A DNA stretch of 64,000 nucleotides from Candidatus Pelagibacter sp. (GTDB lineage: Bacteria; Pseudomonadota; Alphaproteobacteria; Pelagibacterales; Pelagibacteraceae), in assembly GCF_052049575.1 (NCBI RefSeq), contig NZ_JBNGZQ010000001.1:40209-104208 (forward strand), in the 5' to 3' direction. Both the position numbers and the translations under genes were made by a program. This document shows, in pieces, positions 9,907 to 21,259 of the stretch. The notes beneath the pieces were generated by a model. It was not told the DNA's origin, did not search any database, and saw only the letters and a list, made by a program, of their open reading frames with translations. How positions within the stretch are numbered: the first letter of the stretch is position 1; the number at the start of each line of letters is the position of its first letter.

Positions 9907-11353
9907 AATTATCCTCTATAAGTTTGTTTAACAGCCTCACCCCGTATCCTGTTGCACCACCAGAATTCAAGGCTCCACCATATTTAGAAAAAGCCATGCC
10001 AGCAATATCTAGATGGGCCCAAGGTGTTTTATCTAATATAAATCTTTGTAAAAATTGAGCAGCTGTGGTTGATCCTGCACCACCAACATAATTTATATTT
10101 TGCATATCTGCATTTTTAGAGTCAATTAATTTATCGTAATTTTTATTTAAAGGCATTCTCCAAACTTTTTCTTCAACTTTTTCACCAGCATCGATTAATT
10201 GTTTAGATAATTTATCATCATTAGAAAAAAGGCCTGCATATTCTGAACCAAGTGAAACAATAATTGCACCTGTCAAAGTTGCTAAATCTATAATAAACTT
10301 AGGCTTAAATTTTTTTTCTGTATAAGTAATTGCATCTGCTAGCACTAATCTTCCCTCTGCATCTGTATTTAATATTTCAACTGTCTTTCCGCTATAGGAC
10401 TTTACAATATCTCCTGGTCTTTGCGCATTACCTCCAGGCATGTTTTCTACAAGACCAACAACTCCAACTGCATTCACTTTAGCTTTTCTTAATGCTAAAT
10501 TTTTCATCAATCCTACAACAACTGCTGAGCCAGCCATATCATATGTCATGTCTTCCATAAATTTTGCTGGTTTCAAAGATATACCACCAGTGTCAAAACA
10601 GACACCTTTCCCGACAAAAGCTAGTGGTCTAGATTTATTTTTTAAACCATTCCACTCCATAGTTACAAGATATGAACCTCTAATACTTCCTTGTCCAACA
10701 CCAAGTAGAGTATTCATGCCTAATTTTTTTAATTTTCTCTCATCATAGATATTTATTTTTAAACCAAATTTTTTTAGAGAATTTATTCTTTTAGCATATT
10801 CATCAGGATGTAGTACATTTCCAGGTTCTGATACTAAATCCCGTGCATAAAAAGTACCTTCTTCAATCGCATTGAATTTCGCCCAGTCTTTTGATTTTGA
10901 TATGTTTTTACCAAATATGTTTATAGTTATATTCTTTGTATTTTTTTTTGATTTGTATTTTTCAAACGTGTAAGATTTTAATTTAATACCATGCAGAAAA
11001 TGTCCAATAATATTTTTTGACCGATTGATTGCAGTATCTGAGTTTATACTAAAATCTAACCTTTTAAATTCCTTAATGATTTCATAACAATCTGCACCTA
11101 AATTTTCTACACCAGAATGAGTAAGATTTTTTCTTAAAGAAACTAAAATAATTTTTCTTTTTGAGCTTATGTCAAATGTAATAATCTTTTTTTTAAGATC
11201 TCTTGTTTTTAATAAGTCAGAAACATAAGAATAATCAGAACTTGAAATACTTTTTTTTAAACTTGAAATATTGAAGTTTTCATCAATAAACAATATCAAA
11301 TTCTCGCTGGACTTATTAAAGACTTGTTTTTTAAAGTTTATTTTTATATTCAT
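9899..11353 (-). CDS. pepA: Leucyl (cytosol) aminopeptidase, M17 family
   Basis: VGKGVCFDTGGISLK, MTYDMAGSA, NTDAEGRLVLAD, DLATLTGA, WAHLDIAG. Confidence 0.97.
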   Translation of the reverse strand: MNIKINFKKQVFNKSSENLILFIDENFNISSLKKSISSSDYSYVSDLLKTRDLKKKIITFDISSKRKIILVSLRKNLTHSGVENLGADCYEIIKEFKRLDFSINSDTAINRSKNIIGHFLHGIKLKSYTFEKYKSKKNTKNITINIFGKNISKSKDWAKFNAIEEGTFYARDLVSEPGNVLHPDEYAKRINSLKKFGLKINIYDERKLKKLGMNTLLGVGQGSIRGSYLVTMEWNGLKNKSRPLAFVGKGVCFDTGGISLKPAKFMEDMTYDMAGSAVVVGLMKNLALRKAKVNAVGVVGLVENMPGGNAQRPGDIVKSYSGKTVEILNTDAEGRLVLADAITYTEKKFKPKFIIDLATLTGAIIVSLGSEYAGLFSNDDKLSKQLIDAGEKVEEKVWRMPLNKNYDKLIDSKNADMQNINYVGGAGSTTAAQFLQRFILDKTPWAHLDIAGMAFSKYGGALNSGGATGYGVRLLNKLIEDNYE

Positions 11354-11411
11354 AATTTAAATACAATCTGTGCGAGATAATGCTATATATGAGTAAAACA
11401 ATTATATTTCA

Positions 11412-12536
11412 ATGGAAAAATTACTATTTAGAAAACTAATCGCAGACATTTCATTTAGAGCTCTGGCTATAGCTTTTACAATAGGTTTAATTGTATGGAT
11501 TATTCAAGCAGTAAATTATCTAGATTTTGTTATAGACGATGGTCATAATTTCAAAATTTATTTTCTATACAATTTATACAATTTTCCTAAGATAATTCAT
11601 AGAATTTTACCATTTGTGTTTGCTATCTCCATCTTTTTTGAATTAATTAAATATGAAAAAAATAATGAGCTACTAATTTTTTGGACTAATGGAGTTTCAA
11701 AACAGAAATTTATAAAAAATCTAGTCAGTTTCACTCTAATCATAATGTTTATTCAAGTTTTAATTGGAAGTTTTATTTCTCCAAATAATCAATTTAAAGC
11801 AAGACTTATTCTCAAAAATTCAAATATGGATTTTTTACCTAATCTAATCAAACAAGGAAAGTTTATAGATACTATCTCTGGATTAACAATTTTTATAAAT
11901 CATAAAACAGATAATAATTCTTTTAAAAATATTTATATTCAAGAGGGTGAATTCGATGATTTTAAAGAAAATGATAGTCAAATAATTTATGCTAAAGAAG
12001 GTTTTTTAATAAATGAAGATAAAAAACTTTTTAGATTATTGAATGGAAAAATAATTAGTAACAATAATAATAAATTGATAAGCTTTACATTTGATAAGAT
12101 AGATTATGATTTATCAAAATTTTCGTCTAGATCAATTAAAAGACCAAAAATTCAAGAGATATCATCTATTAAATTAATTAAATGTTCTATAAGTTTGATG
12201 TCAGGAAAAAAATATATAGATGATTTATTTAGTTGTGAAATGAATAAATTTAAAAATTTTAATCAAGAATTATACAAAAGGTTTATTAAACCATTTTACT
12301 TACCAATTCTTACACTGGTATGTTGTTTTTTATTAACATTTTCAAAAGAGCAACATAATTACATATTAAAAACTATCAAGATTTTTATTTATGTTTTTTT
12401 AATTTTAGTCGTGTCTGAAATTTTCATGAGATACATTCAGGGTTCTTTAATATACTTAATCTTGTTTTTAGGTATACCTATTTTATTCTTTTTATTGCTT
12501 TATAATTTTCTTATAAAGAAGGTCAATAATGCTTAG
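11412..12536 (+). CDS. lptF: LPS export ABC transporter permease LptF
   Basis: 3 N-terminal TM helices, periplasmic beta region (G.F..TISGLTIFI), 3 C-terminal TM helices; order lptF-lptG-lptD. Confidence 0.85.
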   Translation: MEKLLFRKLIADISFRALAIAFTIGLIVWIIQAVNYLDFVIDDGHNFKIYFLYNLYNFPKIIHRILPFVFAISIFFELIKYEKNNELLIFWTNGVSKQKFIKNLVSFTLIIMFIQVLIGSFISPNNQFKARLILKNSNMDFLPNLIKQGKFIDTISGLTIFINHKTDNNSFKNIYIQEGEFDDFKENDSQIIYAKEGFLINEDKKLFRLLNGKIISNNNNKLISFTFDKIDYDLSKFSSRSIKRPKIQEISSIKLIKCSISLMSGKKYIDDLFSCEMNKFKNFNQELYKRFIKPFYLPILTLVCCFLLTFSKEQHNYILKTIKIFIYVFLILVVSEIFMRYIQGSLIYLILFLGIPILFFLLLYNFLIKKVNNA

Positions 12537-13608
12537 AACTTTTGATAAATATTTTGTGGGTTTATTTTTTAAAAAGTTGTTAATTCTTTCGCTTATTTTT
12601 TTTTCACTTATATTTATCCTCACTATTTTTGAAGAAATAACTTTTTTTAGCGATACTCAATCTTCCTTTTATATACCTTTCTTAGTTGCTGCACTTGATG
12701 TTCCCTCAGCACTACTTGAAATATTTCCTTTTATAATTTTAATAAGTACTCAACTCTTTTTTTTAGAAATAATTAAAAAAAAAGAAAATGAATTAATAAA
12801 AATTAATCAGCTGGATAATTTCTATCTAATTAAAATTTTAACATTAAGTGCATTCATTTTTGGGATTTTAATAATTTCAATTTATTATCCATTATCATCT
12901 AAACTTAAATTTATTTATTTTGACTTTAAAAATTTTTACTCAAAAGATGGTAAATATTTAAAACATCATGGAGAAAATGGATTGTGGATTAAAGATGAAA
13001 TAGATAATGAAATTTATATTATCAATGGTGAACTTGGTAAAACAAACTTTTTAGAAAATGTTTTTATTTCAAAATTTGACGAAAATTTTGAATTAATTGA
13101 AAATATTTCCTCTAAAAGAGTTGATATTAGTAAAAATTCGTGGATTATTGAAAAACCATATTTATTTAAGAACAACTTACAAATAAAATTAGAAAACGAC
13201 ATAATCATATTAAGTCATTTTAATATAAATAAAATAAACAGTACATTTAGAAATCTAAACTCTTTTAATATTTTTCAATTAATTGATGCCAAAAAAGAAA
13301 GTGAATTTTTGGGATATTCTTCACAAGATATCGATCTTCATCTCTTAAAGATCGGTGCAATACCCATTTATTTTAGTATAATGGTTGTTATATCATCAAT
13401 GATTATGTTGAATATAAAGAAAAATAAGCCTTATATATTTCATGTATTACTAGGAATAACTCTTTCTGTTGTAATTTACTATATTAATAATATTTTCAAT
13501 ATTTTTGGTTTAACTAATAAAATTCCAATTTACTTATCGGTATTTTTTCCAATAATTTTTTTAAGTGTTGTTTCAATAATAGGGTTGGTAAGAATAAATG
13601 AAGAATAA
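12529..13608 (+). CDS. lptG: LPS export ABC transporter permease LptG
   Basis: Same 3+3 TM architecture, NGLWIKD motif, follows lptF. Confidence 0.85.
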   Translation: MLRTFDKYFVGLFFKKLLILSLIFFSLIFILTIFEEITFFSDTQSSFYIPFLVAALDVPSALLEIFPFIILISTQLFFLEIIKKKENELIKINQLDNFYLIKILTLSAFIFGILIISIYYPLSSKLKFIYFDFKNFYSKDGKYLKHHGENGLWIKDEIDNEIYIINGELGKTNFLENVFISKFDENFELIENISSKRVDISKNSWIIEKPYLFKNNLQIKLENDIIILSHFNINKINSTFRNLNSFNIFQLIDAKKESEFLGYSSQDIDLHLLKIGAIPIYFSIMVVISSMIMLNIKKNKPYIFHVLLGITLSVVIYYINNIFNIFGLTNKIPIYLSVFFPIIFLSVVSIIGLVRINEE

Positions 13609-15958
13609 ATTAATAATAATTTTAATAATTCTTTTTCAGTTTTTATTTATCAATCAAATATTTTCAGAAGAAATACAATTTAATGCAAAAGAAATTGAAA
13701 TTATAGATGAAGGAAATGAAACTATTGCAAAAAATGGATCGGTATTTATTGAAAAAGATAAAATTTCTGTTGACGGTGCAATGATCAAGTATATCAAGAA
13801 TAAATCTTTACTGATTGTTAATGAAGGTAAAATTAAAAGAATTGAAGATAACTTAGAAATAACGTCTGAGATTATTGAATATAGTGTTGATCAATCAGAT
13901 TTGTATTTAAAAAATAATGTAAAGATTAATGACTTTACAAATAATCTGAAAATTAGCACTAATGAAATAAATTATAATCTGGAGAAGCAAAAAATTGAGA
14001 GTTCAAGTAAGTCTGAAATAAAAGATAACTTTGATAATATTTACCAAGTGAGTCAATTTGAATATGATATAAAGAATAAAATCGTTAAACTCAGAGATTT
14101 AGAAATTTTAGATGTCAGTAAAAATATATTTAAGATTGATCAAGCATTTCTTGATTTAGAGAAAAAAGAATTAATTGCAAAGGATGTTGGGTTAAACTTT
14201 AAAATTTTCAATGAATCAGAAAATGAACCCAGATTAAAAGGAAGAAGTTTGATTAGTAATAACGAAAATACAATAGTGAAAAAAGGAACTTTTACATTTT
14301 GTAAAAAAAGAGAGAAATGCCCTCCTTGGGAAATGAGCGCAGAAGAAATTAAACATGATAAAAAGAAAAAAACTATTTACTATAAAAATGCTAGTCTAAA
14401 AATATATGATAAAAAAGTATTTTATTTTCCAAAATTCTTTCATCCTGATCCGACTGTTGAAAGACAATCTGGATTTTTAATACCTAAAATTCAAGATAAT
14501 AGTACTACTGGTTTATCCCTCAATTTGCCGTATTTTATTGCCTTGGCAGAAAATAAAGATATCACATTAAGTCCAAGATTTTTTGCTGAGGATAAATTAT
14601 TAATTCAATCAGAGTTTAGGCAAAAAAATAAAAATTCAAATCATCAAATTGATTTAAGTCAATATGTTTCAAATAAAGAAAATACTAAAGGACATTTCTT
14701 TTATGATTTTAATAAAGATTATAAAAATGACATTTTTGATGAAATTGAATTTAATATTCAATTAGAGCAAGTTTCGGATGAAACATATTTGAAAGCCTAT
14801 AAAATTGAAAGTCCAATAATAAATAATACATCTAATCTTACAAACTCAGTAAACATTAATTTTGTAAACGAGAACGCATCATTAAATACAAATTTGGATA
14901 TTTATGAAGATTTAAGCAAAGAGGATAGTGACAAGTATGAATACGTACCAAATTTTAGTTTGTCAAAAATTATAAATGAAAATAACGCATTATACTCTAA
15001 AGGATATTATAAAAACTATGATACAAATATTACAGAAAAAGTTTTAATCAATAATTTTGAATTTGAGTCAAATCCAAGGTATTTGGATAATGGTATAGTA
15101 AATAATAACAAAATTTTAGTTAAAAATATAAATTCAAATGCAACTAATTCAAAAAATTTTAAAAATAAAAGTTCTTTTAATTTAACTCCCTCTTTTCAAT
15201 CAAATTATTCTCTTCCATTAATTAAAGAAACTATTAAATCAAATAATACTCTAACACCAAGGGTATCTCTTAGATTAAGTACACCTTACACAAAAGATGT
15301 TCGTAAAACAGATAGAAAAATTAGCTATGACAATATTTATGATTTAAATAGATTAGGGATAGATGAAGCTAATGAAGGAGGAATTTCATTAACATATGGC
15401 TATGAGTACTCAATAGTTGAAAAATCAAGCTCAGAGGAGAATTTAAAATTTGGGTTCGCCAATAATCTAAGGCTCGAAGAAAATAAAGATTTGCCTTTAA
15501 ATTCGAATTTAGGTGATAAAGTCTCAGATTTTGTGGGTATGTTTGAGTATAAACCAAATAAAAATTTGAAATTTGATTATGATTTCTCATATAAAAATAA
15601 TTTAAATGATCTTAATTATGAACTTTATGGATTTGAATTTTATCTAAAAAATTTGACTACAAAGTTTGAATATCAAAATGAAAACAATAGCAGTCTTAAA
15701 ACTTCATATCTTAAAAATGAAACTCGTTTTAATTTTAATAAAAAAAATAGTTTGATTTTTGAAACTAGAGAAAATAAGGAAAAAAGTTTTACAGAGTTTT
15801 ATAATTTAATATATCAATATGAAATTGATTGTTTAACGGCAGCTATAGAATACAATAAAGAGTATTATAATGATCAAGATCTAAAGCCATCTGAAAATCT
15901 TTTCTTTAAATTATCAATCATACCATTTGGTGGATTTAATACTCCTAGTTTAAAATGA
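13598..15958 (+). CDS. lptD: LPS assembly outer-membrane protein LptD (OstA)
   Basis: Signal peptide, OstA-like N-domain, FTFCK...CPPWEMSA, R.SGFLIP, PYF, C-terminal Y..DCL; 786 aa. Confidence 0.9.
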   Translation: MKNKLIIILIILFQFLFINQIFSEEIQFNAKEIEIIDEGNETIAKNGSVFIEKDKISVDGAMIKYIKNKSLLIVNEGKIKRIEDNLEITSEIIEYSVDQSDLYLKNNVKINDFTNNLKISTNEINYNLEKQKIESSSKSEIKDNFDNIYQVSQFEYDIKNKIVKLRDLEILDVSKNIFKIDQAFLDLEKKELIAKDVGLNFKIFNESENEPRLKGRSLISNNENTIVKKGTFTFCKKREKCPPWEMSAEEIKHDKKKKTIYYKNASLKIYDKKVFYFPKFFHPDPTVERQSGFLIPKIQDNSTTGLSLNLPYFIALAENKDITLSPRFFAEDKLLIQSEFRQKNKNSNHQIDLSQYVSNKENTKGHFFYDFNKDYKNDIFDEIEFNIQLEQVSDETYLKAYKIESPIINNTSNLTNSVNINFVNENASLNTNLDIYEDLSKEDSDKYEYVPNFSLSKIINENNALYSKGYYKNYDTNITEKVLINNFEFESNPRYLDNGIVNNNKILVKNINSNATNSKNFKNKSSFNLTPSFQSNYSLPLIKETIKSNNTLTPRVSLRLSTPYTKDVRKTDRKISYDNIYDLNRLGIDEANEGGISLTYGYEYSIVEKSSSEENLKFGFANNLRLEENKDLPLNSNLGDKVSDFVGMFEYKPNKNLKFDYDFSYKNNLNDLNYELYGFEFYLKNLTTKFEYQNENNSSLKTSYLKNETRFNFNKKNSLIFETRENKEKSFTEFYNLIYQYEIDCLTAAIEYNKEYYNDQDLKPSENLFFKLSIIPFGGFNTPSLK

Positions 15959-16887
15959 TTTTGAAAAAAATTTTTTTTTTAATTATAATTTACTTTCTAA
16001 CCACATGTATAAGTTTTTCAAAAATCAATTTGAAAATTGTAATGAAAATTAACAATGAGATAATTACAACTTATGACATTGAAAAAGAAAAAAACTATCT
16101 CTTAGCTTTAAATCCAAATTTAAAAGAAATTGATAAAAACCAATTAGGAATGATAGCAAAAAAATCTCTCACAAAAGAAGTCATTAGAAAGAATGAAATA
16201 TTAAAATATATTGAACTAAAACAAGAAAACCCTCAAATTGATAGTGTTTTAAATAGTCTTATTAAGAATTTAAATTTTACTGATAAAAATGAGTTCGAAA
16301 ATTATCTTAAAGAATTTGATATTTCAATTGATGATCTTAAAAAAAAAATTGAAATTGAAAATGAATGGAAAAATATGATCTATATAAAATATAAAGATAG
16401 TGTCAAAATCGATAATGAGAATTTAATGATTAAAATTGATAATATGATTCAAAATAGTTATGTTTTTGAATTTAATTTATCTGAAATTCTTTTCACAATA
16501 AATAATAATACATCTTATGAAGATGAATTAAAAAAAATTAAAAATAGTATTAAGGATATTGGGTTTGAAAATACTGCTAATTTGTATAGCATTTCTGACA
16601 GTTCAAAAATTGGTGGAAAAATAGGATGGGTTGCAAAAAAAAATCTATCGACGCCAATAGTTAATAAAATAATTGACTTAAAAAAAGATCAATATAGTGA
16701 ACCTATCAAAATAGGTAATGATTTTTTAATTTTAAGAATTAATGAAACAAGAAAAAAACCATTTAAAATGAATAAACAAGCTGAGTTAGATAAAATGATA
16801 ATGATTGAAACAACTAGCCAATTAGATAAATTTTCTAAAATTTTTTATAATAAAATAAAATTAAATGCAAAAATAAGTGAATTCTAA
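15955..16887 (+). CDS. surA: SurA-like periplasmic chaperone / peptidyl-prolyl isomerase
   Basis: Signal peptide, INNEIITTYDI, parvulin-like F...A..YSISDSS..GG.IGW; lptD-surA-pdxA-rsmA order. Confidence 0.8.
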   Translation: MILKKIFFLIIIYFLTTCISFSKINLKIVMKINNEIITTYDIEKEKNYLLALNPNLKEIDKNQLGMIAKKSLTKEVIRKNEILKYIELKQENPQIDSVLNSLIKNLNFTDKNEFENYLKEFDISIDDLKKKIEIENEWKNMIYIKYKDSVKIDNENLMIKIDNMIQNSYVFEFNLSEILFTINNNTSYEDELKKIKNSIKDIGFENTANLYSISDSSKIGGKIGWVAKKNLSTPIVNKIIDLKKDQYSEPIKIGNDFLILRINETRKKPFKMNKQAELDKMIMIETTSQLDKFSKIFYNKIKLNAKISEF

Positions 16888-17809
16888 TCCTATCTTAATA
16901 GTTCCTGGTGAGCCAAAAAGTATTTTTTTTGAAATTTTCTTTAAGTCAATAAAGATAACAAAAATCGATAGTCCATTAATTTTGATTTGTAATAAAAAAG
17001 ATCTTTATCAAGAAATTAAAAGATTTAATTTTAAACAAAGGATAGATGAACTTGATAAAAATTTTATAAATAAAAAAAAAATTAATAAAAAAAAAATTTA
17101 TTTTATAAATATTTCAGATAAAACATCCAAAGTTTACATACAAAAATGCTTTGAATTTGCTTTTTCTCTGTTGAAGAAAGGTTTTTCCAATAAGATTATT
17201 AATGGACCAATTAATAAAAAAAAAACTTTAAATAAGAAATATCTTGGTGTTACTGAGTATATATCTCACTCTTTTAACCAAAAGAAATTCGCAATGTTAA
17301 TTTACAACAAGAAACTCTCTGTTTGTCCTGTGACTACACATTTACCAGTAAGTCAAATCACAAAAAAGATAAATAGAAAATTAATAAAAGAAAAAATAAT
17401 TATTGTTAATAATTTTTATAAAAAGTTTTTAGGCTTTAAACCAAGGATAGCTGTTACAGGTCTTAATCCACATTGTGAAAGTGTACTTAAATTTAATGAG
17501 GACGAAAAAATTATTCTTCCATTAGTAAAATTATTGAAAGAAAAAATTAATGTTAAAGGTCCATTCCCCGCAGATACTATTTTTTTAAAAGATAACAGAA
17601 AAAAATTCGATGTGATAATAGGAATGTATCATGATCAAGTTTTAGGACCTATTAAAACTCTTTTTGAATATGATGCAATTAATATAACTTTAGGTTTACC
17701 TTTTTTACGAGTCACTCCTGATCATGGACCAAATGAAAAAATGGTTGGAAGAAATTTATCAAATCCAATTAGCTTAATAAAAGCATTAAAGTTTTTAGAT
17801 AATAAATGA
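16877..17809 (+). CDS. pdxA: 4-hydroxythreonine-4-phosphate dehydrogenase PdxA (divergent)
   Basis: GEP, TTHLP, GLNPHC, GPFPADT.F, MYHDQ, NITLGLPF.R..PDHG; GTG start. Confidence 0.9.
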   Translation: MNSNPILIVPGEPKSIFFEIFFKSIKITKIDSPLILICNKKDLYQEIKRFNFKQRIDELDKNFINKKKINKKKIYFINISDKTSKVYIQKCFEFAFSLLKKGFSNKIINGPINKKKTLNKKYLGVTEYISHSFNQKKFAMLIYNKKLSVCPVTTHLPVSQITKKINRKLIKEKIIIVNNFYKKFLGFKPRIAVTGLNPHCESVLKFNEDEKIILPLVKLLKEKINVKGPFPADTIFLKDNRKKFDVIIGMYHDQVLGPIKTLFEYDAINITLGLPFLRVTPDHGPNEKMVGRNLSNPISLIKALKFLDNK

Positions 17810-18594
17810 TTAAGGCTAAAAAAAGTCTTGGCCAAAATTTTTTGATTGACCAAAATATTATTAATAAAATTGTAAATTTAATTAACATCAAAGGTAAGAA
17901 TATTTTAGAAATTGGCCCGGGCACAGGAAATTTAACAAAAAAAATTTTAGAAAAAAAACCAGGCAATTTTATAGTTATTGAAAAAGACTTTAATTTGGTC
18001 AAATTGCTTAAAGAAAAATTTAATAAAAAAATAGAAATTATAAATGACGATATATTAAATGTTGAGGAAGATTCTCTTCACGATAATATATTAACTGTCT
18101 ATGGTAATTTACCATATAATATCTCTACAGAAATTTTAATTAAATGGATACTTAATATAAATAAAAAAAAAATTTGGTTCGATTGTCTTATACTTATGTT
18201 TCAAAAAGAAGTGGCAGATCGAATTATATCTGAATTTGATACAAAAAATTATGGTCGATTGGCAATTTTAGCAAATTGGAGATTAAAAATTAAAAAAATT
18301 TGTGACATATCCTCTTCCTGTTTTACGCCAAAGCCAAAAGTTGAAAGTTCGCTTCTATTATTTGAACCCAAAATTAATTTTGTAAAATTTCAAAGTCCTA
18401 AGCATTTAGAAAAAATAACCAGAGTTTTTTTTATGCATAGAAGAAAAATGATAAAAAAACCTTTTCTATCACTATTCAATAATAACAAAAAATTAGCATC
18501 AAAATTAGGAATTAACTTAGAATTGAGACCACAAAATTTGGACTTTGATACCTACTTTAAACTAACAAAAGAATATGAGTCTTTAAGAAGTTAA
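17806..18594 (+). CDS. rsmA: 16S rRNA (adenine1518/1519-N6)-dimethyltransferase
   Basis: [40 protein letters not shown]. Confidence 0.97.
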   Translation: MIKAKKSLGQNFLIDQNIINKIVNLINIKGKNILEIGPGTGNLTKKILEKKPGNFIVIEKDFNLVKLLKEKFNKKIEIINDDILNVEEDSLHDNILTVYGNLPYNISTEILIKWILNINKKKIWFDCLILMFQKEVADRIISEFDTKNYGRLAILANWRLKIKKICDISSSCFTPKPKVESSLLLFEPKINFVKFQSPKHLEKITRVFFMHRRKMIKKPFLSLFNNNKKLASKLGINLELRPQNLDFDTYFKLTKEYESLRS

Positions 18595-19215
18595 TTTTTC
18601 TACATGGTTTCTAATATACTCTAGATCATAATCCTTAGAACCATGATTAATTTCTGCGCTAATTAAATTTTTGATTTTTAAATAACATTTATTTAGATCA
18701 TCATTAATGACAACATAATCATAATTTATCCAATGGAGAACGTCTCGTTCAAATTGTTCAATCCTTTCTTCCACAATTAGATTTTCTTTTTTATGTCTGT
18801 TAGATAGTCTTTCAAGTAGAACTTTTTTACTCGGTGGCAAAATAAAAAAAGTAATTAGTTTGTAGTCTAGTTTTTTATTTTTTATCTGATCAGCTCCTTG
18901 CCAATCAATATCAAATAAAACATTTTTTCCTCTATTTAAGTTATTTATTACTGGAGTTCTTGTTGTTCCATAATAATTTTTAAAAACTTTTGCATATTCT
19001 AAAAATTCTTGGTTATTTATTAATCTTCTGAATTCTTTATCATTTACAAAATAATAATCTTTATGAGGAACTTCACCTGGTCTAGGTTGTCTTGTTGTGT
19101 GAGAAATCGAAACTTCAAAATTATCTTTTTTTGATAATAAATTTACTAAAGTTGTCTTACCTGCTCCGGATGGAGAAGACAGTATAACCATTATACCATC
19201 ATTATCTGAGGGCAT
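18583..19215 (-). CDS. gmk: Guanylate kinase
   Basis: [38 protein letters not shown]. Confidence 0.98.
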   Translation of the reverse strand: MPSDNDGIMVILSSPSGAGKTTLVNLLSKKDNFEVSISHTTRQPRPGEVPHKDYYFVNDKEFRRLINNQEFLEYAKVFKNYYGTTRTPVINNLNRGKNVLFDIDWQGADQIKNKKLDYKLITFFILPPSKKVLLERLSNRHKKENLIVEERIEQFERDVLHWINYDYVVINDDLNKCYLKIKNLISAEINHGSKDYDLEYIRNHVEKLTS

Positions 19216-19223
19216 TAATATCT

Positions 19224-19463
19224 TTAGTTGGCTTTGCCTTCTATAAATTTGACCGCATCACCCACGGTTAAAATCTTTTCTGCTTCACTATCAGAAATTT
19301 CTGAGCCAAATTCTTCTTCAAAAGCCATCACCAATTCAACTGTATCTAAACTATCAGCACCTAAATCATCAATAAAGCTAGATTCCTCTGTGACTTTTGA
19401 CTCATCAATTCCCAAATGATCTGCAACTATTTTTTTAACCTTACTTGAAACATCTTCTGACAT
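19224..19463 (-). CDS. acpP: Acyl carrier protein
   Basis: [20 protein letters not shown] phosphopantetheine motif. Confidence 0.98.
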   Translation of the reverse strand: MSEDVSSKVKKIVADHLGIDESKVTEESSFIDDLGADSLDTVELVMAFEEEFGSEISDSEAEKILTVGDAVKFIEGKAN

Positions 19464-19513
19464 ATTGATCCTTTTTTAGTTATAAATCGTTAATAGTTTA
19501 ATTACTTAGATTG

Positions 19514-20251
19514 TCAAGCCATATACATGCCTCCATTTACATGCAATGTTTCTCCATTTATATAGTCTGATTGACTAGATGCTAAAAAAAGAACTGCATT
19601 AGCTATATCATCTGGTTCTCCTAATTTAGCAGAGGGTATTTTAGAAATAATGCTTTCTTTGAACTTTTCATCAATCTTATCTGTCATAGCAGTTTTAATA
19701 AATCCAGGAGAAATACAATTTACATTGATATTTTTTTTTGCATACTCAATTGCTAAACTTTTAGACATTGCAATTATTCCAGCCTTGGAAGCAGTATAAT
19801 TTGATTGACCCAAATTTCCTGTGTGACCTACTACTGAAGTAATATTAATTATTTTTCCTCTCTTGTTTTTTAACATCTTTTTAATAGCAAACTTACACAT
19901 GAGAAACGTTGATGTTAAATTAATTTCTATCACTCTTTTCCATTCATCTAAATTCATTCTAATAGCTAAATTATCTTGGGTTATTCCTGCATTATTTATT
20001 ATACAATCAAGGTTACCATCGAGTTCTTTTAAAGCATTTTCAATAAAAGTTTCTATATTATCAATTTGAGATATATCAAACTTTAGAATTTTCACATTGC
20101 TAAAATTTTTTTTTAATTCCTCTAATTTTTCTTCCTTTGTTCCTGATGCCAATACATTTACTCCTAGTTCATTTAATTTTTTTACAATAGAATTTCCAAT
20201 ACCACCTGTAGCACCCGTAACAATTATATTTTTATTTTTTAAATCATTCAT
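19514..20251 (-). CDS. fabG: 3-oxoacyl-ACP reductase
   Basis: TGATGGIG, NNAGITQD, NYTASKAG, PGFIKT.MT, NGETLHVNGGM; fabD-fabG-acpP order. Confidence 0.96.
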   Translation of the reverse strand: MNDLKNKNIIVTGATGGIGNSIVKKLNELGVNVLASGTKEEKLEELKKNFSNVKILKFDISQIDNIETFIENALKELDGNLDCIINNAGITQDNLAIRMNLDEWKRVIEINLTSTFLMCKFAIKKMLKNKRGKIINITSVVGHTGNLGQSNYTASKAGIIAMSKSLAIEYAKKNINVNCISPGFIKTAMTDKIDEKFKESIISKIPSAKLGEPDDIANAVLFLASSQSDYINGETLHVNGGMYMA

Positions 20252-21174
20252 ATTCTTAAGCTTTTTATATCTGATTCACTATTAATTGAAGTGATTTTTA
20301 CATTTTTATCTATTCTTTTAACTAATCCAGATAAAACTTTGCCTGGGCCAATTTCGATGAATTGACCAACACCATATTTTATCATATTAATAATACTTTC
20401 CCTCCACCTAACTTTTTTTTCTATTTGGCTAACGAGTAATTTTTTTAGGTCATCAATATTTGAAACTTTATCTGCAGTTACATTTGAAATTAACGTAATA
20501 TTAGACTCCCTAAAATTGATATTATCAAATTCCTTTTTCATTATTTCTGTTGCTTTGATCATTAAATCGCAATGAAAAGGGGCACTTACTGGAAGTTTGA
20601 TATTTTTTATATTTTCATTTTTTAAAAAAGCACTTATTAATTCTAAATCTTTAGTTCTTCCACTCAACACAATTTGTCCTTCAGTATTATCATTTGCGAT
20701 TTGTGCTTTAAAATTATTTTCATTTTCTTTTAAAATTTTTTCAATATTTTCAATTTTTATTCCTAAGACAGCCAACATCCCCCCTTCACCCTTTGGTACA
20801 GAATTTTGCATAGCGTTACCTCTCGTCTTTAGAATTTTAATTGTTTTATGAAAATCTAAATAACCAGCACATGATAGTGCTGAGTATTCACCTAAAGAAT
20901 GGCCTGCAAAATATTTTCCTTCGTCTAAATTTATATTGAATTCATTTTTGATAACCTGGTATATTGAGTAACTAACTAAAAAAATCGCAGGCTGTGTATT
21001 TATTGTAAGATCTAAATCCTTTTTTGGACCTTCGAGCACAATCTTTGAGATGTTTGCTTCTAAAACTTCATCTGCTTCATTAAATAATTTTTTTACAATA
21101 TCGTATTTTTCATAAAACTCTTTTCCCATTCCGACTATTTGAGAACCTTGACCAGGAAAAATTACTGAAAACAT
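20248..21174 (-). CDS. fabD: Malonyl-CoA:ACP transacylase
   Basis: FPGQGSQ, TQPAI, AGHSLGEYSAL, VSAPFHC, EIGPGKVLSGL. Confidence 0.98.
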   Translation of the reverse strand: MFSVIFPGQGSQIVGMGKEFYEKYDIVKKLFNEADEVLEANISKIVLEGPKKDLDLTINTQPAIFLVSYSIYQVIKNEFNINLDEGKYFAGHSLGEYSALSCAGYLDFHKTIKILKTRGNAMQNSVPKGEGGMLAVLGIKIENIEKILKENENNFKAQIANDNTEGQIVLSGRTKDLELISAFLKNENIKNIKLPVSAPFHCDLMIKATEIMKKEFDNINFRESNITLISNVTADKVSNIDDLKKLLVSQIEKKVRWRESIINMIKYGVGQFIEIGPGKVLSGLVKRIDKNVKITSINSESDIKSLRI

Positions 21175-21259
21175 TTAAAAATAAATTAAATTTTGTTTTT
21201 TTGCTATTGTAATTGATAAATTATAATAGTATATCCTCATTTTTTATTAAAGAAATAAT

